Part shown: positions 46,558-56,802 of the stretch, in pieces
Layout of the letters: the number at the start of each line of letters is the position of its first letter
Numbering within the stretch: position 1 is the first letter of the stretch
NCBI GenBank assembly: GCA_963828845.1
Contig: CAWHGE010000017.1
Coordinates: 8,981 to 72,980 of the forward strand
DNA from: an uncultured Chloroflexia bacterium
GTDB lineage: Bacteria > Chloroflexota > Anaerolineae > Anaerolineales > UBA4823
Reading direction: 5' to 3'
DNA: 64,000 nt
Notes under the pieces: generated by a model
The model's input: the letters and a program-made list of their open reading frames with translations, nothing else
Databases searched by the model: none
Told to the model about the DNA's origin: nothing
Translations under genes and position numbers: made by a program

Positions 46558-47362
46558 ATGATAGACCAACCTCAAGGAGAAAAGCCTGCCCTGACTGTGG
46601 TCATCCAGTCTTGGTGGACTCCCGCTGTGGCATTGATCTTTCTGGTGGTCGGGTTACTGGGAGGATATTTCGGTCGCCCATTGGTGAATAAGGGACTTGG
46701 ACCCGACTGGAAACGTTGCTGCAGTGGTGACACCAGACACGTCAGTTCAAACCACTCAGAGTGCCATTCCGACCGCCACCGTGGATCCTGCCCAAGTCAA
46801 GCAATTGATGGATAGCATCATCAGCCAGACAACCAACTTCCAGGGTGACCCCAATGCCACAGTCACGATCATCGAATTTAGCGACTACCAGTGACCATTC
46901 TGCGGGCGTTTTGCCACTGACGCGGGTCGTCAGGTAATCACAACATACGTAGATACTGGTAAGGTTCGTTTTGGATATTTCAACTTCGCCTTTCTGGGCG
47001 ATGAATCACAATGGGCAGCCGAAGCCGCTGAGTGTGCTGGTGATCAGGATGCCTACTGGGAATTTCACGATTATCTCTTCTCTCACCAGAATGGAGAGAA
47101 CCAGGGTGCATTCACCAGCGATAACCTGAAAGGGTTCGCGGCTGATATGGGTCTGGACACGAAAGAGTTCAATACCTGCCTGGACTCTGGGAAATACACT
47201 CAGCTTGTCAAGGATCAGACCAGTTTTGCTCAGCAGCTGGGAGTGGAAAGCACGCCCACCTTTATCATCAATGGCAGGGGCTTGGTCGGTGCGCAGTCTT
47301 TTGACACCTTCAAACAGATAATCGATTCATTTTTGAGCTCAATAATAAAAGTTTATCAATGA
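46558..47362 (+). CDS. Membrane-anchored DsbA/BdbD-like oxidoreductase, selenoprotein (UPFC); frameshift near 46695
   Basis: IIEFSDYQ-TGA(46892)-PFCGRF reads on in frame to GVESTPTFIINGR. Confidence 0.85.
46917..46933 (+). promoter_or_regulatory. Candidate bacterial SECIS hairpin
   Basis: ctgacg-cgggt-cgtcag starting 23 nt after UGA. Confidence 0.6.
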
Positions 47363-47458
47363 AACAGGGACGAGCGGATGTCTGATCGCTACCCGTCCCT
47401 GTTTTTATTGGTATACTTTATACTACCTCCGGGTAACCCGAAGCGCGGTATATAAGCC

Positions 47459-48614
47459 ATGCCATCCATAAATGACCCTACCATTAGCTCAAACGACATT
47501 GTCCGCCCAACCTTGGTGGAGGTGGACATAAATCGACTTAGCGATAACTTTCGTGCCATACGGCAACATGTTGCTCCTGCCAAGGTGATGCCTATTCTCA
47601 AGGCGAACGCGTATGGTCATGGTTTATTGCGAGTAGCACAGCTGATGGAATCACTCGCTGCAGATTATATTGGCGTGGCAGTTCTCGAGGAGGGCATCCT
47701 CCTGCGTGAAAATGACATTCACATGCCCATCCTGGTATTGGGAGGCATCCTGGGGAATCAGGTGCCGGGTTTCTTGAAGAATGACTTAACCATCACGGCT
47801 TCATCGATCGATAAATTGTGCCAGGTGGACGAAATTGCCGCTCAGATGGGGATAAAAGCGAAAGTACACCTGAAGATTGATACAGGCATGGAGCGGATCG
47901 GTGTGCATTATTACAATGCACCCAGCTTCCTGGAAACCGCCTTGAAGTGCCGATCGATAGACTTGGAAGGCATTTACTCCCACTTCGCCAATGCCGATCG
48001 ATCCAACCTGATCGACGCTCGCCATCAGTTCGAGCGCTTTCAGGAAGTACTTTCCTTTTACGAGAAGCACAGCCTGCCACCTCCACCCTTGCGCCATATG
48101 GCAAATTCCCCCGCCATCTTGCAACTACCTGAAGCCAACTTTGATATGGTCCGTCCCGGCTTACTGCTCTATGGGGTCTATCCTTCGGTTCAGATACCTC
48201 ATACCGTCATGGTTCACCCGGCATTAAGCTGGAAGTCACGCGTGGTTTACTTCAAGGTCATCCAACCCGGGCACCCCGTTGGGTATGGATCTACCTGGCA
48301 GAGTGACCACATGGTGCGGGCGATCACTGCACCAGTGGGCTATGGGGATGGCTATTTTCGCAGCATGTCCGATAAAGCCTAGCGTCCTCGTACGGGGTAG
48401 AAAGTATCCGGTTGTTGGGCGCATTTCCATGGATCAAATTGTGATCAACATTGAGTGGGATAGCGCTTATAACGATGACGAGGTCATTCTAATTGGGGAA
48501 TCTGATGGAGAATCCATAACTTGTGAAGATCTTGCAGATTGGGCAGGGACCATTCCTTATGAGATCCTGACCAATATCAACACTCGCGTGCCACGCATCT
48601 ATACAGGCGAATAA
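47459..48614 (+). CDS. alr: Alanine racemase; one frameshift near 48380
   Basis: ILKANAYGHG, HLKIDTGMERIG, VRPG, GYGDG, GRISMDQ. Confidence 0.95.
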
Positions 48615-48677
48615 TTCTTTAGTTGGTATTTCACGATTGAGACGATTCACTCTCGGAGCATAACGCAGCAGCCGGTT

Positions 48678-49556
48678 TTATGGGGGCGCTAAATAAGCTG
48701 GCGCTTTCTCAGTGGTTAGGACCATCAGCCCGGTAAAGATCAACAAAATGCCAAAAACTGCCAGGGTGGTTAAAGCCTCGTGTAGAAAGAGTACCCCTAA
48801 TAATCCAGCGGTGAGTGGTTCACCAAGGGTGAGGCTGGCAGCAGTAGCCACTGGCACCAGGCGCAAACCACGGGCGAATAAGGTGTATGCCAATCCAGCA
48901 GTAATCACCCCAAGATGAAGGATGACCAGATATCCTGACGGTTGTGTCAGCCAGTGTAGGTCGGCGGTGAAGAGCAGTGGCAGAACGAAACACGCTCCCA
49001 GGCAAAATGTGACTGCCATGACTGACTCGGGCGTGTGCACTTCGAGCAACCCTTTGCTGACCGTGGTAAAAATCGCATAGGAACCCCCAGCACAGATTGC
49101 CATGAAAATCCCCAGCAAATCCAAATGAATTTTCTCACCCGCGGTGATCAGAAGCGCGCAGCCGATGACCCCCAAAGCAGTAGCCAGTGCCCAACGACGA
49201 CTGGGACGCTCACCGCGTATGAGGAAGCCTATTGGACCAGCCAGAATGGGTGTGCTGCCGATCCCAACGATGGTACCCACTGCCACACCTGTGCGTGCCA
49301 CCCCTGCGAAGAAAAACATCTGGTAAGCCGCCATGCTCAACGCACCAAGTAAGGTTGGCCAAAATGGCCAGCGCTTTCGATCCCGCAGTCCACCCCGTAA
49401 GGCGGCGATTACCAGCAAGGTCAACCCGCCTAAGGCGATACGCAGGGTTCCAATAATGATGGGCTGTGCGCCTTGGGGTGCCAAAGCCTGAGCGGTGCCA
49501 TTGGTACCCCACAGACAAGCCGCTAACAAGATGAGCCAATAGCCGCGGGATTTCAT
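48678..49556 (-). CDS. EamA/DMT transporter
   Basis: LWGTNG, LGEPLTA, ~10 TM. Confidence 0.9.
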   Translation of the reverse strand: MKSRGYWLILLAACLWGTNGTAQALAPQGAQPIIIGTLRIALGGLTLLVIAALRGGLRDRKRWPFWPTLLGALSMAAYQMFFFAGVARTGVAVGTIVGIGSTPILAGPIGFLIRGERPSRRWALATALGVIGCALLITAGEKIHLDLLGIFMAICAGGSYAIFTTVSKGLLEVHTPESVMAVTFCLGACFVLPLLFTADLHWLTQPSGYLVILHLGVITAGLAYTLFARGLRLVPVATAASLTLGEPLTAGLLGVLFLHEALTTLAVFGILLIFTGLMVLTTEKAPAYLAPP

Positions 49557-49602
49557 TTGGTTGCAATTATCCCCATGAATTTATCTGGCAGCAGGGCTGT
49601 AC

Positions 49603-49938
49603 TCATGCCTTTTCAGGTAAGGTTGAGGCGTATTGATATCCCAACTCAACCCAATACTGCAAGTCTTGATCGTTTGTGATCCCTTCTGGTGCCACCAGGA
49701 CCCAACCTGCCATGGGTTTTCCAGGCATCACCATGAATGGCCGTACAAAGGATCGAGATAAGGCCACTTCGTTATTTTCAGCACCCACGCGGACGATTAA
49801 GTCACTCGCCTGAACGCCACAAGCCATATTTCCATTCAGGATAAACCCTACTCCACCGAACATTTTCTTTTCAACAACACCCGGGTGAATTTCCAGGGTA
49901 GCGCGGATACGCTCAGCCAGATTTTGGTCGTAGGACAT
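49603..49938 (-). CDS. TfoX/Sxy N-terminal family protein
   Basis: EKKMFGGVGF.LNGNM, PMAGWV; ATG 49938 after ggagg. Confidence 0.85.
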   Translation of the reverse strand: MSYDQNLAERIRATLEIHPGVVEKKMFGGVGFILNGNMACGVQASDLIVRVGAENNEVALSRSFVRPFMVMPGKPMAGWVLVAPEGITNDQDLQYWVELGYQYASTLPEKA

Positions 49939-50020
49939 GTTACCTCCAGATTGACCCAAGGATGCGGAGAATTCTACCCCAGATTCATCATTTCACCACC
50001 AGTTTTGCAGTTAATGAGAT

Positions 50021-50063
50021 AAAAAAACTGGCAGGCTCCTTACCGATGTCCGGATCCTGCCAG
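50021..50063 (-). terminator. Terminator of hdr/flx operon
   Basis: ctggcagg/cctgccag followed by T7 on minus strand. Confidence 0.7.
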
Positions 50064-50089
50064 AAATGCGCTCGCATATAGATCAGTAA

Positions 50090-50953
50090 TTACAAGAAGC
50101 TCTCCAGCAATGCTCCCACTTCCGCCATGGTGAAAACTGGTCCATCCACGCAGATCAGCTTGGTACCCAGGTTGCAGCGTCCACACTTGCCAATGCCGCA
50201 GTGCATCCGTGCTTCTAAAGTAACATAATTCTGCTCGGGCATGAAGCCGAGCTTTTCCACTAAAACTCGGTTAACGAAGTGGATCATGATAGGCGGTCCG
50301 CAGGTGATGGTAACGGCATTTTCTGGAGAGGGAGCCACACGCTCCAAGAGCTGGGTGATCAGACCAACACTGTGGTTCCAGGTATCATCAGCCTGGTCAA
50401 CAGTTAAATGCAGCTCAGTATCAGGTGTGGCACGCCAATTATCGTATTCGTCGGTGAAAACCAGCAACGAAGGGTTCCGTGCAGCCCACAGGATTTGGAA
50501 GTGCCCGTAATCAGCGCGGTTGGCGATTACCGTCTGGATGACAGGGCGCAGGGGCGCACCACCGATTCCACCACCGATTACGACCAGGTTCTTCCCCTTG
50601 AACCTATCCATGGGGAAGCCATTGCCCATCGGTCCGCGCACACCAACCATATCACCCACACCCAGCTCATGCAGATCGGTGGTCACCGAGCCCAGGCGGT
50701 TGATGGCAAAATCGAGAGTGGCGTCCCCATTTTGATCACCAAAATGGGGAATGTTGGCAATCCCGAAGGGCGCTTCACCCACCCCAAAGGCTGAAACAAA
50801 GGCAAATTGCCCCGGCTTGTAATTACTGAAGGCTTCACTTCCGCCATTGAGCATCTCAACCCGGAACAGCTTGATCTCTGTGGCGATATCTTTCACCTCG
50901 ACAAGCTTTCCGAGGTAAGGCAGCATGGGGTTGGTTTTTAGTATGTCTGTCAT
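50090..50953 (-). CDS. flxA: FAD/NAD(P)-binding 2Fe-2S subunit (FlxA/AsrB-like)
   Basis: PGQF, RGPMGNGF, GGGIGGAP, CGPP, MHCGIGKCGRC..CVDGP. Confidence 0.85.
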   Translation of the reverse strand: MTDILKTNPMLPYLGKLVEVKDIATEIKLFRVEMLNGGSEAFSNYKPGQFAFVSAFGVGEAPFGIANIPHFGDQNGDATLDFAINRLGSVTTDLHELGVGDMVGVRGPMGNGFPMDRFKGKNLVVIGGGIGGAPLRPVIQTVIANRADYGHFQILWAARNPSLLVFTDEYDNWRATPDTELHLTVDQADDTWNHSVGLITQLLERVAPSPENAVTITCGPPIMIHFVNRVLVEKLGFMPEQNYVTLEARMHCGIGKCGRCNLGTKLICVDGPVFTMAEVGALLESFL

Positions 50954-50956
50954 TCA

Positions 50957-51958
50957 TTACCTCCTGCCAACATATCCCAATACCTCGGTGATATCCACAT
51001 TCACCGGGCAGGCATCTATGCAACGTCCGCAGCCTGTACACGATACGGGTCCATAATGTAAGGGAAAATAGTAAAACTTGCAGTAGAAACGGTTACGCAG
51101 ACGCTGGTTCTTCATAAAACGTGGATTGTGCCCCCCCGCCACGCGCCGGTACGGGATGCCGTTGCACGAATCCCAGCAGCGTATACGTTCAGATTGATTG
51201 CGTCCATCTCCGCCCGGTAAAGTTTCGTCACGTACATCGAAACATCGGCAGCTTGGGCATACATAGGCACAAATCCGGCAGCTCAAGCAGCGCTCAGCCA
51301 TCTCGGCCCAAAAGTCATCGTTGAACCTGGCTGGCCACACTTCCTTGGGAGCAACCTTTAGCTCACGTTTCCGTGCGTGGGTGGGATGCGGGCGTATCTC
51401 CGATAATCCATCGAAAACAGGGAACTTTTTACTGATCTTTTCACCTTTTTCTGTGATGATCTCAGCTACATAACCGCCATCAGAAGCGGTTAACATGATA
51501 TCCATTCCTGTGGGATCATCTGGTGCGCCACCCACATTGGTACAAAAACAGCTGGCACCCACCGATTGGCAAGCCAACCCGATGAGGGTGGTGTTCTCTC
51601 TACGGCGGGCATAATAAGGATCTACTGGTTCGTTCTCAATGAATAAGGCATCGAATGTCAGCAACCCTCTTGCATCACAGGGGCGAACGCCAAAGATGAT
51701 TGTATTCCCCTCTGGGAGGGTTTCGGTGAGCGCCACCTGTTGGCCAATCTTTTCCATCAACATCAAACGCTCGGTGGGTGGGAAGAACACTTCCTTTACG
51801 GACATAAATGAGCGCACGAAGTCCCACACCACTTCCTTCGTGTTGCTTACCGGGCGGTAAAGTATGTTTCCGGCAATGTCCAATGGGGCAATCAGGGTTT
51901 GTTCCTGAGCCAGGTGGTCCAGCCAGGTGGCTAACTCCTGGTGGGTAAGGTAATTCAT
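50957..51958 (-). CDS. flxB: 4Fe-4S dicluster subunit (FlxB/AsrA-like)
   Basis: GVRPCD, CLSCRICAYVCPSC, RCWDSC, CTGCGRCIDACP; ATGA overlap with upstream gene. Confidence 0.82.
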   Translation of the reverse strand: MNYLTHQELATWLDHLAQEQTLIAPLDIAGNILYRPVSNTKEVVWDFVRSFMSVKEVFFPPTERLMLMEKIGQQVALTETLPEGNTIIFGVRPCDARGLLTFDALFIENEPVDPYYARRRENTTLIGLACQSVGASCFCTNVGGAPDDPTGMDIMLTASDGGYVAEIITEKGEKISKKFPVFDGLSEIRPHPTHARKRELKVAPKEVWPARFNDDFWAEMAERCLSCRICAYVCPSCRCFDVRDETLPGGDGRNQSERIRCWDSCNGIPYRRVAGGHNPRFMKNQRLRNRFYCKFYYFPLHYGPVSCTGCGRCIDACPVNVDITEVLGYVGRR

Positions 51959-53373
51959 GGGAGATTCTCCTCTCCGCCCAGGATAGTCACGAATGGTGGC
52001 GGGACAGCCGCCATTCCTGCCCGGTAGCCAAAAATATTTTCCATCTCTTGAGCCATCTTGCGATGAATCAGGCTGAGAGGAATGTCCATGGGGCAGGCAC
52101 GCTCGCACTCATTGCAGCCCACACAACGCCCCGCCAGGTGGTAGGCTCTCCCCAGGTGGAAGGTACGCTTCTCATCCACATCGATACCCATTCCCACCCA
52201 CAGCGAATCATCCCGCTCGTACAAGCAACTGGGGCAGTCACACATTGGGCATACCTGACGGCAGGCATAACAACGGATGCAGCGATCAAACTGGCTGAGC
52301 CAGAAGTTCATCCTTTCACTCGGGGTCAGGGCATTCAAGTGGTCAATCCCTGGGTAGATATGTTCAGGAGGGATTTCCCGATAAGTTGTTTCAGGATCTC
52401 CAATCAGTGTGTCGTAAATGACTGGTGTGCGCTCACTACAGGCTGCACAACGCGTCTGGATCGCCCCACTTTTATCATTGGTGAACCCCGCACCCTGTCG
52501 GATGCCATCACATGCCATGCCGATGATATACACTTGCTCACGTAAAAAGCGATTCTCTGCCAGTAATACGTTGATGGAACGGCTGTCACATGGTTTTACG
52601 ATCACTGCCGCTTTGGGCAAACGGTCGGGCTGCTTTTTCTTTCCGCCATCCGTGCCCCACCCCAGTTTTTTACTTAAGTAGGCTGATAGATTATGAGTGC
52701 AATCCTGGTTCCACACCAAACGCTCAACGTCTTCCGGCTGATGGATGAATGCCGGGCGTGTGCGGCCTCTGGGTCCCATTTCATAGCCAATAACACAATC
52801 CACCTGTTTGCTGGTCAATAAATCGCGGGCTGTAGTGCGGATGACCTGGGTTTGCTGGTCGTAGACGGGGGTGTGATAGATCGCGTGCTTCGGTTGTTCA
52901 TCACTGAAAGCTGAATAACGGTGGCTGATTGGTTCCCGCTCCCACACAAAATGTGCCCTCCGATCAACGATCCTCCAGTGGATGGGTCCCAAAGACCGTA
53001 CTGCTTCGGTAAATTCAGTTGTAATGTGTGAGTATCGTTCGCCTTCAGATGCAGATACCCAATCCAGACGCACTCGTTCAGGTTCCAGTCCTGCATAAGA
53101 CAGTAAAGCTCGCAAAACAGGTAGACGTTTGGCTGCCCGGTGGTTGCCTGTGTTGTAATGGCATTCGCCAATGTGGCAGCCCAGCACAAGTACGCCATCC
53201 GCTCCTTGCTCAAAGGTGCGCATGATTAGCTCTGGCGAAACCCTTCCTGAGCATGGAACACGGATGTCGCGGATATTGGCAGGTGATTTTAAACGGGCGA
53301 TGCCTGCTGTATCGGCACCGGTATAGCTGCACCAGGTGCACAGGTAGGCTATGATCTTGGGTTCAAATGGCAT
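51955..53373 (-). CDS. MvhD-like domain fused to 4Fe-4S FlxC-like domain (FlxCD)
   Basis: CTWCSYTGAD, VPCSGR, GCHIGECHY, WVSASEG; KPCD, CIRCYACRQVCP, CVGCNECERACP. Confidence 0.85.
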   Translation of the reverse strand: MPFEPKIIAYLCTWCSYTGADTAGIARLKSPANIRDIRVPCSGRVSPELIMRTFEQGADGVLVLGCHIGECHYNTGNHRAAKRLPVLRALLSYAGLEPERVRLDWVSASEGERYSHITTEFTEAVRSLGPIHWRIVDRRAHFVWEREPISHRYSAFSDEQPKHAIYHTPVYDQQTQVIRTTARDLLTSKQVDCVIGYEMGPRGRTRPAFIHQPEDVERLVWNQDCTHNLSAYLSKKLGWGTDGGKKKQPDRLPKAAVIVKPCDSRSINVLLAENRFLREQVYIIGMACDGIRQGAGFTNDKSGAIQTRCAACSERTPVIYDTLIGDPETTYREIPPEHIYPGIDHLNALTPSERMNFWLSQFDRCIRCYACRQVCPMCDCPSCLYERDDSLWVGMGIDVDEKRTFHLGRAYHLAGRCVGCNECERACPMDIPLSLIHRKMAQEMENIFGYRAGMAAVPPPFVTILGGEENLP

Positions 53374-53384
53374 GCCACCACCTC

Positions 53385-56300
53385 CTATAAATTCAGGATC
53401 CCGGGAACAACCGGTTCAGCCGCCAATGCACCGATCATCTCATTGACGATTTGTTGATCATCGAAATGGATGAGGGTGATGGCTTTGTCGCGACAGGTTG
53501 AGGCGCAGGTACCGCAGCCCTTACACAGGTATGTATTGACCGAAGCCACACTTTCTTTCAGCTCAATGGCACTGTAAGGGCAGGCTTTAACACACAAGCC
53601 ACAGCCAGCACAACGCAGCAGGTTCACGGTGGCAACTGATGGGTCTAGAGCTATCGTGCCTTGGTCGAGCAGGGATAGTGCAGCTGCCGCGGCACCACCT
53701 GCCTGAGCCACACTATCCGGAATATCCTTTGGACTCTGACAAGCGCCTGCTATATAAATACCTTCTGTCGAAGTCTCCACGGGTGCCAGCTTGGGGTGCT
53801 TCTCGAGAAAGAATCCATCCGGGCTGCGGCTGATGCCGAACATGTTAGCCACCTGGGCAGTATCGGCCTGCGGCTCAAAGCCCGTGGACAGGATGACCAT
53901 ATCCACCTCGACATGGTTCGGTTGGTTATAGAACGACTCGTCCCATCTCACGATGAGCTGCCCATCGCGTGAGCTCGATGCCCTTAACCCGCCCGTGATA
54001 GAGATTGACACCCTTCTTGCGGGTGCGGTTATAGAATTCTTCATAGTCCTTGCCAAATGTACGCATATCCCGGTAGATTTCATGCACCTCTGCGCCCACA
54101 TAATCGTGAACCAGCTGCGCCAGCTTGAGTGAGTACATGCAGCACGCCCGGGAACAGTATTCGTTGAATTTTTCATCCCGGCTGCCGACGCAATGCACGA
54201 TGGCTACACTCCTGGGTGCTTGGCCATTTTTGAGGTCTACCTTTCCGCTCGTCGGACCACCAATATTGATCAAGCGCTCAAATTCCATCGAGGTGAGCAC
54301 GTTATCCAGTCGTCCATAACCAAGCTCTGGAATAATACTTGGGTCAAAATCCTTGAAGCCAGTGGCCAGGACGATCGTCCCCACCTTCAAATCAAGGTAG
54401 CTATCTTTCATGTTATGGTCAATGGCACCACGGTCACAAGCAGATAAACACTCCAGGCATTCGGAACAGATGCCACATCGCAGACAACGTTCAGCTTCTG
54501 CCAGGGCTTCTTCCTCGGTAAAAGCCAGGTCCACCTCATTGAAGTTATTCACGCGATTTTCGGCTGGAATGGTGCAAGGTCTTGGTACGCCCGAATTTCT
54601 GCTGCCCAGCCAATTTTCATCTTCTCCGCCACCTCTTCTTTTGTAAAACTGGCAATGGGCAGCTTGGGTGGCTCTTGAATGCCTTCCTCCCCACGCAGGT
54701 AGCGGTCAATGCACCTTGCCACGTGGTGACCTTCTCCGATTGCATCCACCACGAAGAATGTCGTGCCACGGCGCACATCACCTGCCACAAACACACCTTT
54801 CATGGTGGTCATCATCTCTTCATCTGCCTCGAGCCCCATCGAGCTAAGCTTGCGGATGTGGGTACCCGCGGGCAGGAAGGAGAAATCTGGTTGCTGACCA
54901 ACTGCCCAAATGACCAAATCACAGGTATGATGTGCTCAGTGCCAGGGATTTCTTCCATCTGGCGTTTGCCATTGACAATCGCGCACCGACTTTGGCTTCC
55001 ACACACCGGATCCCAACGATTTGATTACTTCTCGATAACAACTTCCTTGAACACCCGGTTGCGGATGATTTCAATGCCTTCCTTATTTGCCTCATCGATC
55101 TCATTGAAGGAAGCACGCATACCGCGACAGACCATCTTTACCTTTGGGACGGCCCAGGCGGATGGAGACACGCGCGGCATCCAGGGCCACATCTCCCGCG
55201 CCAATCACGGCAATGTCCCGTCCACTCAGGTCGATCTTTTCACCCAGGCAAGCCCGGCGGAGTAGATCCAGGCTCAGCCAGTTATCGGGGTGTTCGGTAC
55301 CCGGAATGTTCAGCTTCCATGCGCTGTGTGCACCTGTGGCAATGACCACGGCTTCATAGCCTTGATTGAAGAGGCCGGGGATATCATCCACCCGGGTACT
55401 TAGCCGCATGTCAACACCTTCGTCATGATTTGCTGGATCTCCCAATCCAGTCGATCATAGGGAAGGCGATGAGGGGGAATTCCCACCCGCATCATGCCCC
55501 CGGCGATGGGAAGCGAGTCAAATACCGTCGGTTGGTGACCAATACGCACCAGGTCCAAGGCGGCAGTCATACCCGCTGGACCTGCGCCGATGATGGCTAC
55601 TTTTTTACCTGTGGGTGTGGGCGTGTGGGAAAATGGTGTGCCAACCAGGGATTTGTCGCGCATGTTGGGCAATTCATCGCGATGAGCGTATGCCCAGTCG
55701 GCCACGAAACCACTTGAGCTTCATGATGCTGACCGGCTCATCATACAAACCGCGGCTGCATTGCTCCTCACAGCGACGGTTGCACACCCGTCCACATACT
55801 GAAGGAAATGGATGCTCACGCCGGATAGCCCAATAGGCATCGGCGTAGCGCTTTTGGCGGATCAAGGCAATGTACCCTTGGGCGCGCTGGTCAGTAGGGC
55901 AGGCTGCCCGGCAGGGTGCGATGCCTCGTTTTTCGATCACATATGCCCCAGGCACCGACTGAGCGGAATTGCGATAGGCAGCTTTGCGTGTGCTTAGACC
56001 ACGATCAAAAGTGTTGATCACTTCCACCGGGCATGACCTCAGCACATTTTCCGCATCCAGTACACTTGGTTTCATCCACAAAACGGGCTTTCCTGTGCAC
56101 ACGCACCTGGTAATTCCCGACGTATCCGGAGACTTTCTCAACTTCACTATAGCTGAGCAGGCTGATGTTTTCGTGACGTCCGACGGACGTCATTTTGGGG
56201 GTAAGTATTCAAGCCGCACAGTCTAAAGTGGGGAAAGTCTTATAGAGTTGAGCCATATGACCGCCGATGCTTGGCTCTCGTTCCACCATATACACCTTCT

Positions 56301-56802
56301 TGCCGGCGTCTGCCAGGCGCAGGGCAGCCTCGATCCCGGCGATGCCTCCGCCAAGCACCAGGGCTGATTGCTCCATCTCCACCGAGCGCATGGTTAATGG
56401 GCGGTGATGGTGCACTCGACTCACTGCTGCGCTGACCATGTGTTTGGCTTTTTCAGTCGCCAGAGCAGGGTCTTCAACCACCCATGAGCAGTGCTCACGG
56501 ATATTTGCCATCTGAAAAAAGAACGGGTTCAACCCACCTTCCTGGCAAGCCCTGCGGAAGGTGGGCTCATGCATCAGGGGCGTGCAGGAAGCCACTACCA
56601 CCCGGTTCAATCCCTGCTCTTGGATATCCTGTTTGATCAAGTCTTGACCAGGATCGGAACACATATAGGTGTAATCGCGGGCCAGAATGACATTATCCAG
56701 GTGCCGCGCATACTCAGCTACCGCTGCCACGTCTACCTTGCTGGCGATATTGGTGCCACAGTGGCAGATGTAGACCCCCGTCTTTATCTTGGAGAGGTTC
56801 AT
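53385..56802 (-). CDS. HdrL-like protein: HdrA with inserted GltD-like NAD(P)H domain; Sec at 56209-56211; frameshifted
   Basis: VYICHCGTNIA, KTFPTLDCAA-TGA-ILTPKM, KVAIIGAGPAG, EAERCLRCG, CSRACCMYS, ACQSPKDIP. Confidence 0.85.
56174..56192 (-). promoter_or_regulatory. Candidate SECIS hairpin in hdrL
   Basis: tgacgtcc-gtc-ggacgtca starting 17 nt after UGA. Confidence 0.75.
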
